NCBI GenBank assembly: GCA_038523235.1
Contig: JBCBJQ010000007.1
Location: 1 to 64,000, forward strand
Origin: Cyanobacteria bacterium J06626_4
Lineage (GTDB): Bacteria > Cyanobacteriota > Cyanobacteriia > Phormidesmidales > Phormidesmidaceae
Length of the DNA: 64,000 nt
Direction: 5' to 3'
Shown: piece by piece, positions 30,625-40,435 of the stretch
Layout: each line of letters opens with the position of its first letter
How positions within the stretch are numbered: position 1 is the first letter of the stretch
The notes under the pieces: generated by a model
Database searches by the model: none
What the model was told of the DNA's origin: nothing
Seen by the model: only the letters and a program-made list of their open reading frames with translations
Made by a program: the position numbers and the translations under genes

Positions 30625-33536
30625 TGCACCCCTGGCTACAGCTACCCGCCACCATTAGAGGTCAAATCAGGCTGGGCTTTGGCACGATTTTATTGCTGGG
30701 CTTTGTCAGCACCGCGATCGGCTACCGCAGCTTAGAGCATCTCAGCGACAGCAGTCGCGCCATTCTGCAGCAGTCGGCGCGGGTGCGAGAACTCAGCCTC
30801 GAGCTGCAAGGTAATTTTCTGCGGGCTCGACAGGCCGAAGAGAACTACCTGCACCATTGGAAAACCACACCCAGCTCGACAGATGAGTTTGTGCCGGCTA
30901 ATCAAGCCCACCTCGCCGCCGCTTACCAAAATCTCGCCGATCTGCAACAAATTGAACAACCAAATTCGGAGCTTTCCCAAGAGCTCGCCCTATTAGAGTC
31001 CTTATTTCTCAACTATGAGGCGGCTTTGCAAGCCACGACCACCCGCATTCAGGCCGCCGCCGATGAGACTCCTTTATATAACGGCATACAGCCCCTGATG
31101 AAGGCGATCGATCAAACGGTGGCAGGCGATGAAAACACCCAAATTCAGCTCACCCTCTGGATGATTGCGGCGAATGAGCAGGCCTACTTCAATACTCAAA
31201 ATCAGCAATATCTCACCGAAGTGCGGGCGAATTTAGATCGCCTTACCTATCTGTTAGACACTACCGACCCCGCCTTTGATCAAAGTAGTGCTCAAGCGCT
31301 AACGCAAGACTATCTGGCTAACCTCAATGCCATTTTGCTGTTAGAGCAGCAGGTGCAGGTTAACACCATCGTGGCTGACAGCATCAACCAAGAAATTGAC
31401 GCCATTATTCAAACCATTGGCGACACCAGTCGCGCGCGCACTGAGGCGGCTCGGTCAGAGTTAGCCCAAGCGGCTAATCAGAGCCGCGCGGCGCTGTTAG
31501 CCACGGCCTTGATTGCACTGGCGCTGACCGTTTGGGCGATTCTCTGGCTGGGGCAGCGCCTGCTGGTGCCAATTACTGCCCTGCATCGGGCCGCCGAACA
31601 AATTGGTCGCGGTGATCTCAACTGCTCGCTACATCTCCCCGGTAATAATGAGTTTGCCGTCGTGGCTGACACCTTTAACCACATGGTGACTCAATTACGC
31701 CAGACGCTCACCACGCTCGAACAGCGGGTACTAGAGCGCACCCAGGCCTTAGCCAGTACCAATCATTCCCTGCAAGAAAGAACCCAATCGCTCGAACAGA
31801 CCCTCAAGCAATTACACGATAGCGAAACCAATTATCGCTCCCTCGTCGATCACCTGCATGCTGGGGTCGTGGTGCACGATCACCAGGGCAACATTGTGAT
31901 GTGCAACACAGCGGCAGGCCAACTGCTAGAGACTCCAGTCCATGACCTCATAGATCTAAAGCTCGAAGATTTTCGAGGGCAGCTAGTGGATGAGTTTGGC
32001 ACCCCTTTACCCCTCGCACAATACCCCGTGAGTCGGGTGCTGACTAACCAAAAGCCGCTTTATAACTGTGTAATTGGCATCCAATCGGTGCATTCGTCAG
32101 ATATAACCTGGGTGCTGATTAACGCCTTCCCCACGTTTGACGCATCGGGTCAGCTCCAGCAAATTGTAGTGACCTTTACCGATATCACCGATCGCAAAAT
32201 CGCTGAAGAAAAACTACGCTACCGAGCCCTGCACGATACGCTGACCGGGTTGCCCAATCGCACCCTGCTCGTTGAGCGGCTAGATCATGCGATTCAACGA
32301 CTGAAACGGCAGCCTGATCATCTATTTGCCATCTTATTTATTGACCTAAACCGCTTCAAAGTGGTGAATGACAGCTTGGGACATGTCGTCGGCGATCAGC
32401 TCCTCCAGCAGGTGGCGCGACTGCTGGAGGGGCATGTCAGAAGTCTGGATACCGTGGCGCGCCTCGGGGGCGATGAGTTTGTGATTTTACTGGAGCAGAT
32501 TGCTAGCCCTAAAGAAGCGATTCAGGTGGTTGAGCGCATTCAACAGGATCTCAAGCGGCCCATGACGGTGATGGGGCACACCGTCTTTACCACGGCCAGC
32601 ATTGGCATTGCCCTGAGCAATCTGGGCTATGCCAGCGGCCAAGATATTTTGCGCGATGCTGACAACGCGATGTATCGAGCCAAAGCGCAAGGCCAATCGG
32701 GCTACGCCGTCTTTGACCCGGCCATGCATCAGAGTGCCGTCAAACTCTTAGAGCTCGAAACCAATCTCCGGCAAGCACTGGTCAATCAAGAGTTTAAGCT
32801 GCACTATCAGCCCATCATCAGCCTGCCCGCCCAACAGCTCATGGGGTTTGAGGCACTCGTGCGGTGGTACCCGCCCAACGGTGCAGTGATTCCGCCCAAT
32901 GACTTTATCCCCCTGGCGGAAGAAACGGGCCTGATCATTCCGCTCAGCGAGTGGGTTTTGCAAGAAGCCTGCAGTCAGATGCAAGCCTGGTGCACCACGA
33001 TGCCCGCCGTCAAATCGCTCAAAATGAGTGTCAACATCACATCTCGACTGTTCCAAGCGGCGCGATTTTTTGACCGGTTAGATCAGATTTTGATGCAGAC
33101 TCAGCTCCCTGCTCACAATCTCAAGCTCGAAGTTACCGAAAGCGTCTTACTCGAGAATCTAGAAGCCGTGTTATCAACCCTTTCTAAATTGCAAGACCGC
33201 CAAATCGAAATCAGTTTGGATGACTTTGGCACCGGCTATTCCTCTCTGAGCTATCTCAAGCAGTTTCCGATTAATACGCTCAAAATCGACAAGTCGTTTG
33301 TTGACAGCCTGGAGCAGGCCAGTGATACCAGTTTGGTGGCAGCGATCATTCAAATCGCCAATGCATTTCAGATGACGGTGGTGGCTGAGGGCGTCGAAAC
33401 GCGATCGCAGCAGCAGTGGTTGAACAACTTAGGCTGTGGAGCCATTCAGGGCTATCTGATTGCCCCGCCCCTCTCTGCCGCCAAGGCCGAAGCCTTTATG
33501 AAAACAGCACGCTTTTTGCCGAATTTGGTCACGTGA
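30624..33536 (+). CDS. Membrane-bound HAMP-PAS-GGDEF-EAL c-di-GMP enzyme
   Basis: Two TM helices with a large helical periplasmic domain, HAMP, PAS, RSLD I-site, intact GGDEF, EAL and DDFGTGYSSL; ATG at 30624 overlaps the SBP stop (TAATG). Confidence 0.93.
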   Translation: MHPWLQLPATIRGQIRLGFGTILLLGFVSTAIGYRSLEHLSDSSRAILQQSARVRELSLELQGNFLRARQAEENYLHHWKTTPSSTDEFVPANQAHLAAAYQNLADLQQIEQPNSELSQELALLESLFLNYEAALQATTTRIQAAADETPLYNGIQPLMKAIDQTVAGDENTQIQLTLWMIAANEQAYFNTQNQQYLTEVRANLDRLTYLLDTTDPAFDQSSAQALTQDYLANLNAILLLEQQVQVNTIVADSINQEIDAIIQTIGDTSRARTEAARSELAQAANQSRAALLATALIALALTVWAILWLGQRLLVPITALHRAAEQIGRGDLNCSLHLPGNNEFAVVADTFNHMVTQLRQTLTTLEQRVLERTQALASTNHSLQERTQSLEQTLKQLHDSETNYRSLVDHLHAGVVVHDHQGNIVMCNTAAGQLLETPVHDLIDLKLEDFRGQLVDEFGTPLPLAQYPVSRVLTNQKPLYNCVIGIQSVHSSDITWVLINAFPTFDASGQLQQIVVTFTDITDRKIAEEKLRYRALHDTLTGLPNRTLLVERLDHAIQRLKRQPDHLFAILFIDLNRFKVVNDSLGHVVGDQLLQQVARLLEGHVRSLDTVARLGGDEFVILLEQIASPKEAIQVVERIQQDLKRPMTVMGHTVFTTASIGIALSNLGYASGQDILRDADNAMYRAKAQGQSGYAVFDPAMHQSAVKLLELETNLRQALVNQEFKLHYQPIISLPAQQLMGFEALVRWYPPNGAVIPPNDFIPLAEETGLIIPLSEWVLQEACSQMQAWCTTMPAVKSLKMSVNITSRLFQAARFFDRLDQILMQTQLPAHNLKLEVTESVLLENLEAVLSTLSKLQDRQIEISLDDFGTGYSSLSYLKQFPINTLKIDKSFVDSLEQASDTSLVAAIIQIANAFQMTVVAEGVETRSQQQWLNNLGCGAIQGYLIAPPLSAAKAEAFMKTARFLPNLVT

Positions 33537-33843
33537 TGAGAGCGTAGAGGTTAAAGGGTGCCAGGGACAGGGTGAAGAGTCTGATATTTTCGGGATTTGG
33601 CCGCAGCATGGCAAAATCGCGCCGACAATCTTGCCCCTCAGCTTCCCGGCAATACAGCGTTGATGAGTTATAGCTGTAGCCAATCAAGTTAGGATGCTGC
33701 CTACTTGAACACCAGTGCGGGTTAACCCAAACTAGCGTTAGCGATACATGAGGCTTCTACTGCCCCTCGGCGCATCAGTATTGCCAAGCTAGCTGGAAGC
33801 CTGATCCTTAAGAATGGGTATTATCTAGCTCATTGGCACTGAC

Positions 33844-34341
33844 ATGATTGTGATTTTAATGGGGGTCTCAGGCTCAGGTAAGAGCACCGTCGGTCAGCAG
33901 CTGGCTCGGGCGCTGGGGTGGCGTTTTGTCGAGGGCGATGACTTGCATCCGATCGCCAACGTCGAGAAAATGCGTCAGGGCATTCCGCTCACCGACACTG
34001 ATCGAGAGCCGTGGCTGCAGGCGATCGGGCAGCAAATCAGTCAGCTACAGCAGGCCAAACAAGCCGCCGTGATCACCTGTTCCGCTCTCAAGCAGCGCTA
34101 TCGCGAGGGGCTGCAAAGCACCCAGCCCCCCGGTACTCTGCAGTTTGTTTATCTCAAAGCGAGTCCTGCTGTGTTGCGATCGCGCCTAACCCAGCGGCAA
34201 GGCCACTTCATGCAGGCATCCCTACTGGATAGTCAACTCGCCGCATTAGAAGAGCCCACCCAGGCAATCACGATTGGCCTGACCGCCACCGCCACGACCG
34301 CGCAGATCGTGGCTCAAATTCGCCATCAGCTCGCGGTGTAA
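33844..34341 (+). CDS. gntK: Gluconokinase
   Basis: MGVSGSGKST, EGDDLHP, PLTDTDREPWL, CSALK, GHFM..LLDSQ..LEEP. Confidence 0.92.
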   Translation: MIVILMGVSGSGKSTVGQQLARALGWRFVEGDDLHPIANVEKMRQGIPLTDTDREPWLQAIGQQISQLQQAKQAAVITCSALKQRYREGLQSTQPPGTLQFVYLKASPAVLRSRLTQRQGHFMQASLLDSQLAALEEPTQAITIGLTATATTAQIVAQIRHQLAV

Positions 34342-34421
34342 AGCAACACGGTTAAAGGTGCTCGTCCCTGAGCCCTCACCTTACGAGCAGAACTGCGACT
34401 TGTTTTTTGCGGCGGCGATCG

Positions 34422-34859
34422 CTAGTCATCGAGTCGCAGTGATCGGGCCATCGCGTCTAGTTCATCGCGAGTCGGCGTCGGTAAGGGCTTGAGTCCAAAC
34501 TGGATTTCACCGTTTTCGATATAGGCCAGATGCTTGTAAGTAATATCGAGGGGATCGTATTGCGGCACCAAATTGAGGTGAGCATGGTGTACGCCAAATC
34601 CATGCACGACCATGCCCACCTTAAGCGGCTGATACACCTGGCGAATCTTGCGGCCCACGCGCTGAGCGGTCACCATTACCTGGGCAGCCAAGTCATCTGG
34701 CACATCTGTAAAGTGATCAATGTGCAGTTTGGGAATCACAATGCAAGCACCCGGATAGATGGGCTGCAGCGGGATGAAGCACATCGTATGATCATCTTCA
34801 TACACCGTGCTGACGGGGCCGACACCCTTAACGATGTCGCAAAAAGGGCACTCTTCCAT
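34422..34859 (-). CDS. HIT-family nucleotide hydrolase
   Basis: CPFC N-terminus; VHHAHLNLVP (HxHxN variant of the histidine triad). Confidence 0.85.
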   Translation of the reverse strand: MEECPFCDIVKGVGPVSTVYEDDHTMCFIPLQPIYPGACIVIPKLHIDHFTDVPDDLAAQVMVTAQRVGRKIRQVYQPLKVGMVVHGFGVHHAHLNLVPQYDPLDITYKHLAYIENGEIQFGLKPLPTPTRDELDAMARSLRLDD

Positions 34860-35286
34860 CTTTCATAGGGCCAAAAGGGTTACCGCTATTGAACCGGATA
34901 TCACGATCAAAGCTCTATCACCTACAACACTTTGACGGCCAAAGGTGCCCTGCCTGGTGGGATCAGACGCCCAAGGTCAGCCCGGCAATGCCGAGGAGCC
35001 AAATTTTTGCCTTGTTTCAAAATAGGAGATTTGACGACGGTGCACCTGGCACCTGGTCGGCATCCTGAAAACCCAGCCGATTGCTTGGAAGAGCGATCGC
35101 GGCGAGGCCCATGAAGAAGAGCACTCAGCGCCCTCGCGTCGGTTAGCGGTGAGACCACAAAAAATCTATACACAAAGCCGGTTAGCGCCTTCAGAAGACA
35201 GCGCTAAACCTAACGTCGAGAGCGGGGGCATTCGAGCAATTCACGCTACTGGCAGCAAATCCTCGCAGCGTGGTTGTCACCGATAA

Positions 35287-35628
35287 TTAGTGCGAGACTA
35301 CAGCTGGCGTATGGCCAGAAGGTTTAATGCCAAACTTGACCAAGTCAGCCAATTCCTGTAACTGACTAATGGCTTCTGCGCCTTCTAATTTCATCAGCTC
35401 GCGATCATCGCGCATCTCAGTCCAGGTGATGCCGTAGTCAGAGACCAAAAAGCGAATGAGGTGGTTGTCGCCCAGACTCACCATGAAGGAGGCGCTATTC
35501 ATCTGCCCGCCGCAGGTATAGCAGGAAGCCAGGTAACCGCGGTTTTCCAGCACCGTGGCTAAAGCCTGCAGGTTCATTACTAGGTCTTGCACAAAGCTTC
35601 TGTGCTGCTCTGCCAATCGGACGAACAT
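35287..35628 (-). CDS. Conserved cyanobacterial protein (DUF1815-like)
   Basis: MFxRLAEQHR..GYLASCYTC..SASF..IRFLVSDYGITWTE. Confidence 0.85.
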   Translation of the reverse strand: MFVRLAEQHRSFVQDLVMNLQALATVLENRGYLASCYTCGGQMNSASFMVSLGDNHLIRFLVSDYGITWTEMRDDRELMKLEGAEAISQLQELADLVKFGIKPSGHTPAVVSH

Positions 35629-36247
35629 GGCAACTCTCCTTTACTTCCAAGAATTATACTCTAAATACAAAACCTTTAGATTGTCTTCATGATTTCAGCG
35701 CCACTTGTGTGCAAAGCAGCCTGTTTGAGATTTACGCATAGGACAGCGTAAGCGTGCGGCTAAAGCTGTCTGAAGATACAGAATGATGCCCCGCTGGCAA
35801 TAGAGGATGGTAAGGCTAAGCGTGCTTAAACTTAGCGCTGGTATCTCTAACGCTCTGTATCGTTTTAGACCGTTAGATAATTGCCACTGCTATCCGTTCT
35901 AACGCAACTATCGCCCGATGAGGTATCACAACTCCTTATGGCAGGTATGCAAATGGTTGAATTCGTCAGTCAGCCAAATTTGATGGCGGGCGATTTGGCC
36001 GGGCGATCGCGCCTGTTTGTGGATGGCATTGACCGGTTGCAGGGCTAATTGCAATGTGCTCAAGCGGATCGAGCGGATCGCTAGCAGCGGCTGTGGCCCG
36101 AGCCTTGAGCCATTAACACAGTGATAAATTTTGCTCTAGATTGTGGGTTTAGCGATCGCGATTGACCACATTACGGTTGGTGAGAGGCTCGCAGGGAAAT
36201 CGCAGCTTTCGAGGTAGTATCGATAGGTTGTTAAGAAATCTTGAGTC

Positions 36248-36586
36248 ATGGTTGAACGTCCTATCAAGAAATCGGAACTTGCTGCCCGCAAAGCGCAGGA
36301 AGGCAGTAGTGAGCGCGAGGCGCCCAGTGGCGATCGCCGTGACCGCAATGATAGAGGCCGCAAAGGTGGCCGGGGTAAGGGACGCCGCGATCGTGAAGAA
36401 AAGGCTCCAGCGGTTTCACCAGCTTTGATGCGGGGGCCTCGACCTCAGCCTAAAGTCGAAGCCCCTGAGCCCGAGCCCGAAGTCGTCGCGACCGAAGAGG
36501 AAGCGGCTCCGGCAGAAGCAGCGGCGACTGAAGCAGCAGAGACAACGGCTGAGGACGTCTCGGACGCGAGTGCAAAGACCGAATAG
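36248..36586 (+). CDS. Conserved cyanobacterial low-complexity hypothetical protein
   Basis: MVERPIKKSE, basic KGGRGKG stretch, PALMRGPRP, acidic tail; followed by a terminator. Confidence 0.75.
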   Translation: MVERPIKKSELAARKAQEGSSEREAPSGDRRDRNDRGRKGGRGKGRRDREEKAPAVSPALMRGPRPQPKVEAPEPEPEVVATEEEAAPAEAAATEAAETTAEDVSDASAKTE

Positions 36587-36588
36587 AC

Positions 36589-36622
36589 AAAAAAAATCCC
36601 TGGCTGATTCGCCAGGGATTTC
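36589..36622. terminator. Terminator hairpin between convergent genes
   Basis: A-tract-AATCCCTGGC-TGATTC-GCCAGGGATTT. Confidence 0.75.
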
Positions 36623-36972
36623 TATCAGGGTGCATCTACCATTCCAACTTTCTCGGCATTTTCGACAGTATCCGGACAGGCGTCGTTTTTTTTTGGTATT
36701 GCCATCGTCGGGGTAGCCAGAACCTTATAGATAGGGGGAATTCATCTACAACAACATTCCCATCGACATCGGATTTAACCTTTGCTGCAGAGTATTCAGA
36801 ATTCCACCTGTCGACTGCAACGATGCTCTTCCATTAACGCCTTTAAGCCGATCCCCCCGCTCGGCGCTCCCCCCTGATCCCGCCCGCTTTGCCACGTGGG
36901 AAACCTCAGGAACACTGGCAGTCGAGGCATCGGTCTCGGGCCAGAGAATCGATCTTTGGCCCAACGTGCGTC

Positions 36973-37716
36973 TCACTCCAACTGATCGAGCTGCGCGAAG
37001 TTAAACGGCGCGGTGAAATTGTTGTAGCGAATGCGAAGCCGGTCTTCGAACTGTTCGTCTAAAGTTTCGATCGCAGTGCTAAAAGTCGCTTCAGCTTCCC
37101 AGGGGATCAAATAGGCGGCGTTATAGATCATGGCATCTGTCATCGGGTCGTTTTCGACCATTTCGACGGCCAAGGCATTCAACGTATTGCGAAAGGCATT
37201 CACAATGTCATCCTTCCGGGCATTGACCGCCTGCTCGATCGATTGGCCAATGCTAACCACCTGATCCATGCTGAGTTGCTTACCTTCTAACTGATCACGC
37301 TGGTGGCGGAGGTCAGCGTTTTCAGCCATCAGCTGATTGAGTTCGACATCCGCCTGCCAAAGCACTTTGACGCTGACTTCTCGATGACCGTCTAGGCGGG
37401 CAAAGAGCTGCTTGAGACCATTGCCCCGAGGCGTGATTAGCTCTTGCGTAACGCGTTCCCAGGTTTCAATAACGAGGCCAAACTGGAGTGGCAGTAGGGT
37501 GCGATCGCCTGCCTGCATCGCCGCTTCTAGCACGCGCTCGTGGCCTAAAAGGTTTTTGCGACTGGCTAAATAGCGCTCTTGCTGGGCCTCTGAATATAGA
37601 AAGGCAAAATTGTCGATGAGGTGGGTGGCCACCGGCTGGTTATCGAGCCCCTTGACGTCTAACTCTTGAGGCCCCGGCGCCGGAAAAATTCCATAAAGAT
37701 AGAAAAGTTGAGGCAT
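36973..37716 (-). CDS. gvpF: Gas vesicle protein GvpF/GvpL family
   Basis: YLYGIFP, YLASRKNLLGHERVLE, LLPLQFG, MIYNAAYLI, FTAPFNFA. Confidence 0.9.
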   Translation of the reverse strand: MPQLFYLYGIFPAPGPQELDVKGLDNQPVATHLIDNFAFLYSEAQQERYLASRKNLLGHERVLEAAMQAGDRTLLPLQFGLVIETWERVTQELITPRGNGLKQLFARLDGHREVSVKVLWQADVELNQLMAENADLRHQRDQLEGKQLSMDQVVSIGQSIEQAVNARKDDIVNAFRNTLNALAVEMVENDPMTDAMIYNAAYLIPWEAEATFSTAIETLDEQFEDRLRIRYNNFTAPFNFAQLDQLE

Positions 37717-37759
37717 AGCTCGCCAGCAAAAAAAAGATTGAATGCGTTGCCAGCTTATC

Positions 37760-38230
37760 TCAGTTCACGGGTTTAGAGGTCAGCACCAGGCGCAATTTGG
37801 CATGAATTAGGTTGAGGCGAGCCAAGCCCAAATCGACATCGCCTTCGACGACAACGCCCGTATCAAGCAGGCGATCGAGCAATTCTAACAGTGACGGTGA
37901 TTCTGAGTGCTCGCCCGGATAATACCCCCCGGTGCGCGGCAGCAGTGTCCCCAGCTCACCGAGGTCGATATTCAAATCAGCCGGGTCAACCTCAAATACC
38001 TCGCACAGGCGAACGATTTCCACTTCTAGACGGCGCAGGCTATCTGAGGCGCGGTCTAAATCATCGTCGCCCAAGTCACCTGATTCCATACGTCGAATGA
38101 TCTGAGCTTCCATCAGTTGACGAATCAGCTCAGTCACAGTCAGCAACAGAGGGGCTAGGCCCGCATCAGCATTACTGGGTCGAGCCAGTGCCAACTCACT
38201 TTCTAAAGGCGGATTATCCGATGATGTCAT
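37760..38230 (-). CDS. gvpK: Gas vesicle protein GvpK
   Basis: GLAPLLLTVTELIRQLMEAQIIRRM, DLNIDLGELG, GvpA-like tail LLELLDRLLDTGVVVEG. Confidence 0.92.
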   Translation of the reverse strand: MTSSDNPPLESELALARPSNADAGLAPLLLTVTELIRQLMEAQIIRRMESGDLGDDDLDRASDSLRRLEVEIVRLCEVFEVDPADLNIDLGELGTLLPRTGGYYPGEHSESPSLLELLDRLLDTGVVVEGDVDLGLARLNLIHAKLRLVLTSKPVN

Positions 38231-39476
38231 GGCTTCAGCTTAGCGCTTTGCTGACGCCTCGCCGCCAACTTGCCGCGACCGCCCTGATAAGGCGTCTGCA
38301 ATCAAAATCACACTACTTACAGACTTGCCACATGCCGTTACGCCACTTGCGATGTTCATCGTGGGTCAGCACCTTGGCGTATCCCAACACCAGGCGTCCC
38401 TGCTCAAGCATCACCCCTCGGTGAGCCCGGTTAATCGCACGGCAAGCTCGGAAACTATCAGCGGTTTTGCTGCTAGCGATATGTTTCATGGTGCGAATCT
38501 TAATCATGAGAGACCCTTCTCTAATCTGCATCTATGACGGTGGGAACGAAAGCTTTCAGCCCGGCTGGGCGGCTACTGATGGTTGGACGCAACGATCAGT
38601 CTGAACTGAATGTGTTGGAGCCACTGATGTCGTCAGGACGATCGCCTATCACGATGCCCCCCCATGTTCAGAATGCCTCAAACCCCAGCCAGAAAAACAC
38701 CTTATTGTAGCCTGTCTTTTTTATTCTTAGATTTCCATTGGGCTTTCTCTGAAACGGCTGTAAGACTCTCACAGAGAGAGTCTTGAAACACTGGCAAACG
38801 CTCCTGCAGCGACGACGACGGCAAGCTTCCTCACATTTTTTTACATTTCAGGACAAGCCTTAATGATGGGCTTCACCACCAGCCTACTTTTCCTATTCTC
38901 GACGCTCTCGCCGACACCGAGTTCAGCGATGTACCTTTCGGGCTTAATGGCGTAGTTGTTAGCCCAACCCTGGTGATCAACGGTCTGACCACCCGGCGTA
39001 TCGATGTCGTTTTCTGTCTTTGCCTGAATTTACGGATAGTTTTCCTGCACTCAAGCTTTATGAGCAGCAGTCTCTGCAGACATGACATGAGGAGCAAACT
39101 GTCGGTGTGAGCGGGAAGATTTAGGCCTTTTTTACATAGCTTGTTAGAAAACTCTTGCTGAACGCGATGTCTCAAGACTGCGTAAAGTGAACTCTGCCCT
39201 ATCCCTCAAACGATAGATTCCTAAGACATCAAGAAACTGAGCCTTAGGCAGATGTCTGCCACTAAAAAAGTGCTTAAGATTTTCATACCAAAAGTGAACA
39301 TAGCAGGAAAGAGCTGAAGGCCAAGGGTCTTAGGTTTTAAGGCGTTTGATTTTTTAGAAAGTAGAGAAACTAACGCGTCTTGCTTTTACCAAACACATTT
39401 GTGACTGCTCAATTCAGGGTGCGGTGGAAATCATCCAGTGACGCGAGCAGTTGGTTATTTATTCAGGTGGTTTTTA

Positions 39477-40268
39477 ATGGCTATTTATTTTCAACGCCAA
39501 GCATTTTGGGGCACGATTCTCGTCGGAGCATTCGCACTGCCGACCCTAGTCTCTTGCGCCAATCCGACGCCAACAGATGTTGAGGGTATCGGTGGACAAG
39601 AGGACATTTCGGCCACTCTAGAATCTGATGAAGCCGATACTATCAATGGCGAAGCGATCGCTTTATATGGTCAGTTCGAGTCTCATGTGGGAGGCACCGT
39701 ATTTTTGCTAGAAGAGACTGGCAATGAAGCGCTCGGCAACGTGCTGGTAGTCAACGCCAGCGATCGCGCCTTTGCCGTCCCCGCTGATGCCGGAACGCCC
39801 ATGTGGGCCGTCGGTACGATTTTGCCCTTAGACCCCACCACCATTGATGGCATTGATCCGGCTGAGCTGGAAGCTTATGCTGGCGAGTCTGCGGTCTACG
39901 CTGAGCGCATTACGCTGGCTCCCGAACCCGCCAGCCTGACAGCAGAGGCCGAGACGTTTTACAACCAAGACGTCACTGTATACGGCGAAGTCGAGCCGGT
40001 GGAGGCGGAAAACACCTTTATTTTGAAAGATCCTGACCTATTTGAGGGCAAAGGTGTCATCGTGATTCAGACGGGTGATACAGCCCTTCCCTCGCCCACT
40101 GACGATGCCAAAGTAGCCGTGTCAGGTATTTTGCGTCCCTACGTTATTGCTGAGCTAGAAGAAGAGTACGCGCTGACCTGGGATCTGAATTTAATCGAGC
40201 AGTTAGAAGCTGAGTACAGCGAATTGCCCGTGTTGGTGGCTGATTTGATCACACTGACCGACGACTAA
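39477..40268 (+). CDS. Acidic lipoprotein of unknown function
   Basis: LVSC lipobox; OB-like segments (FYNQDVTVYGEV, VAVSGILRPYVIAELEEEY); ATG at 39477. Confidence 0.75.
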   Translation: MAIYFQRQAFWGTILVGAFALPTLVSCANPTPTDVEGIGGQEDISATLESDEADTINGEAIALYGQFESHVGGTVFLLEETGNEALGNVLVVNASDRAFAVPADAGTPMWAVGTILPLDPTTIDGIDPAELEAYAGESAVYAERITLAPEPASLTAEAETFYNQDVTVYGEVEPVEAENTFILKDPDLFEGKGVIVIQTGDTALPSPTDDAKVAVSGILRPYVIAELEEEYALTWDLNLIEQLEAEYSELPVLVADLITLTDD

Positions 40269-40435
40269 GCGAGAGTTTCTGTGTGTCGGTGGTCAAGCCA
40301 GGCTGAGCAAGCCAGCAGCCAGCATTGCCATCGACGCCGACAGGGCCTGAACGCTGTTTCCTGCCTAGAGGCGTGAGAACGTCCATAGACTGCGCGAAAT
40401 CTGGCACATTGAGAGAGCCCCGATCCCCTCAATGA

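Noticed and set aside
36746..36976. 76-aa ORF overlapping the gvpF stop as gvpG
   Set aside because: No resemblance to GvpG; coding status unsupported.
38313..38537. Opposing ~70-aa ORFs upstream of gvpK
   Set aside because: No recognisable motifs; cannot choose a strand or support coding.
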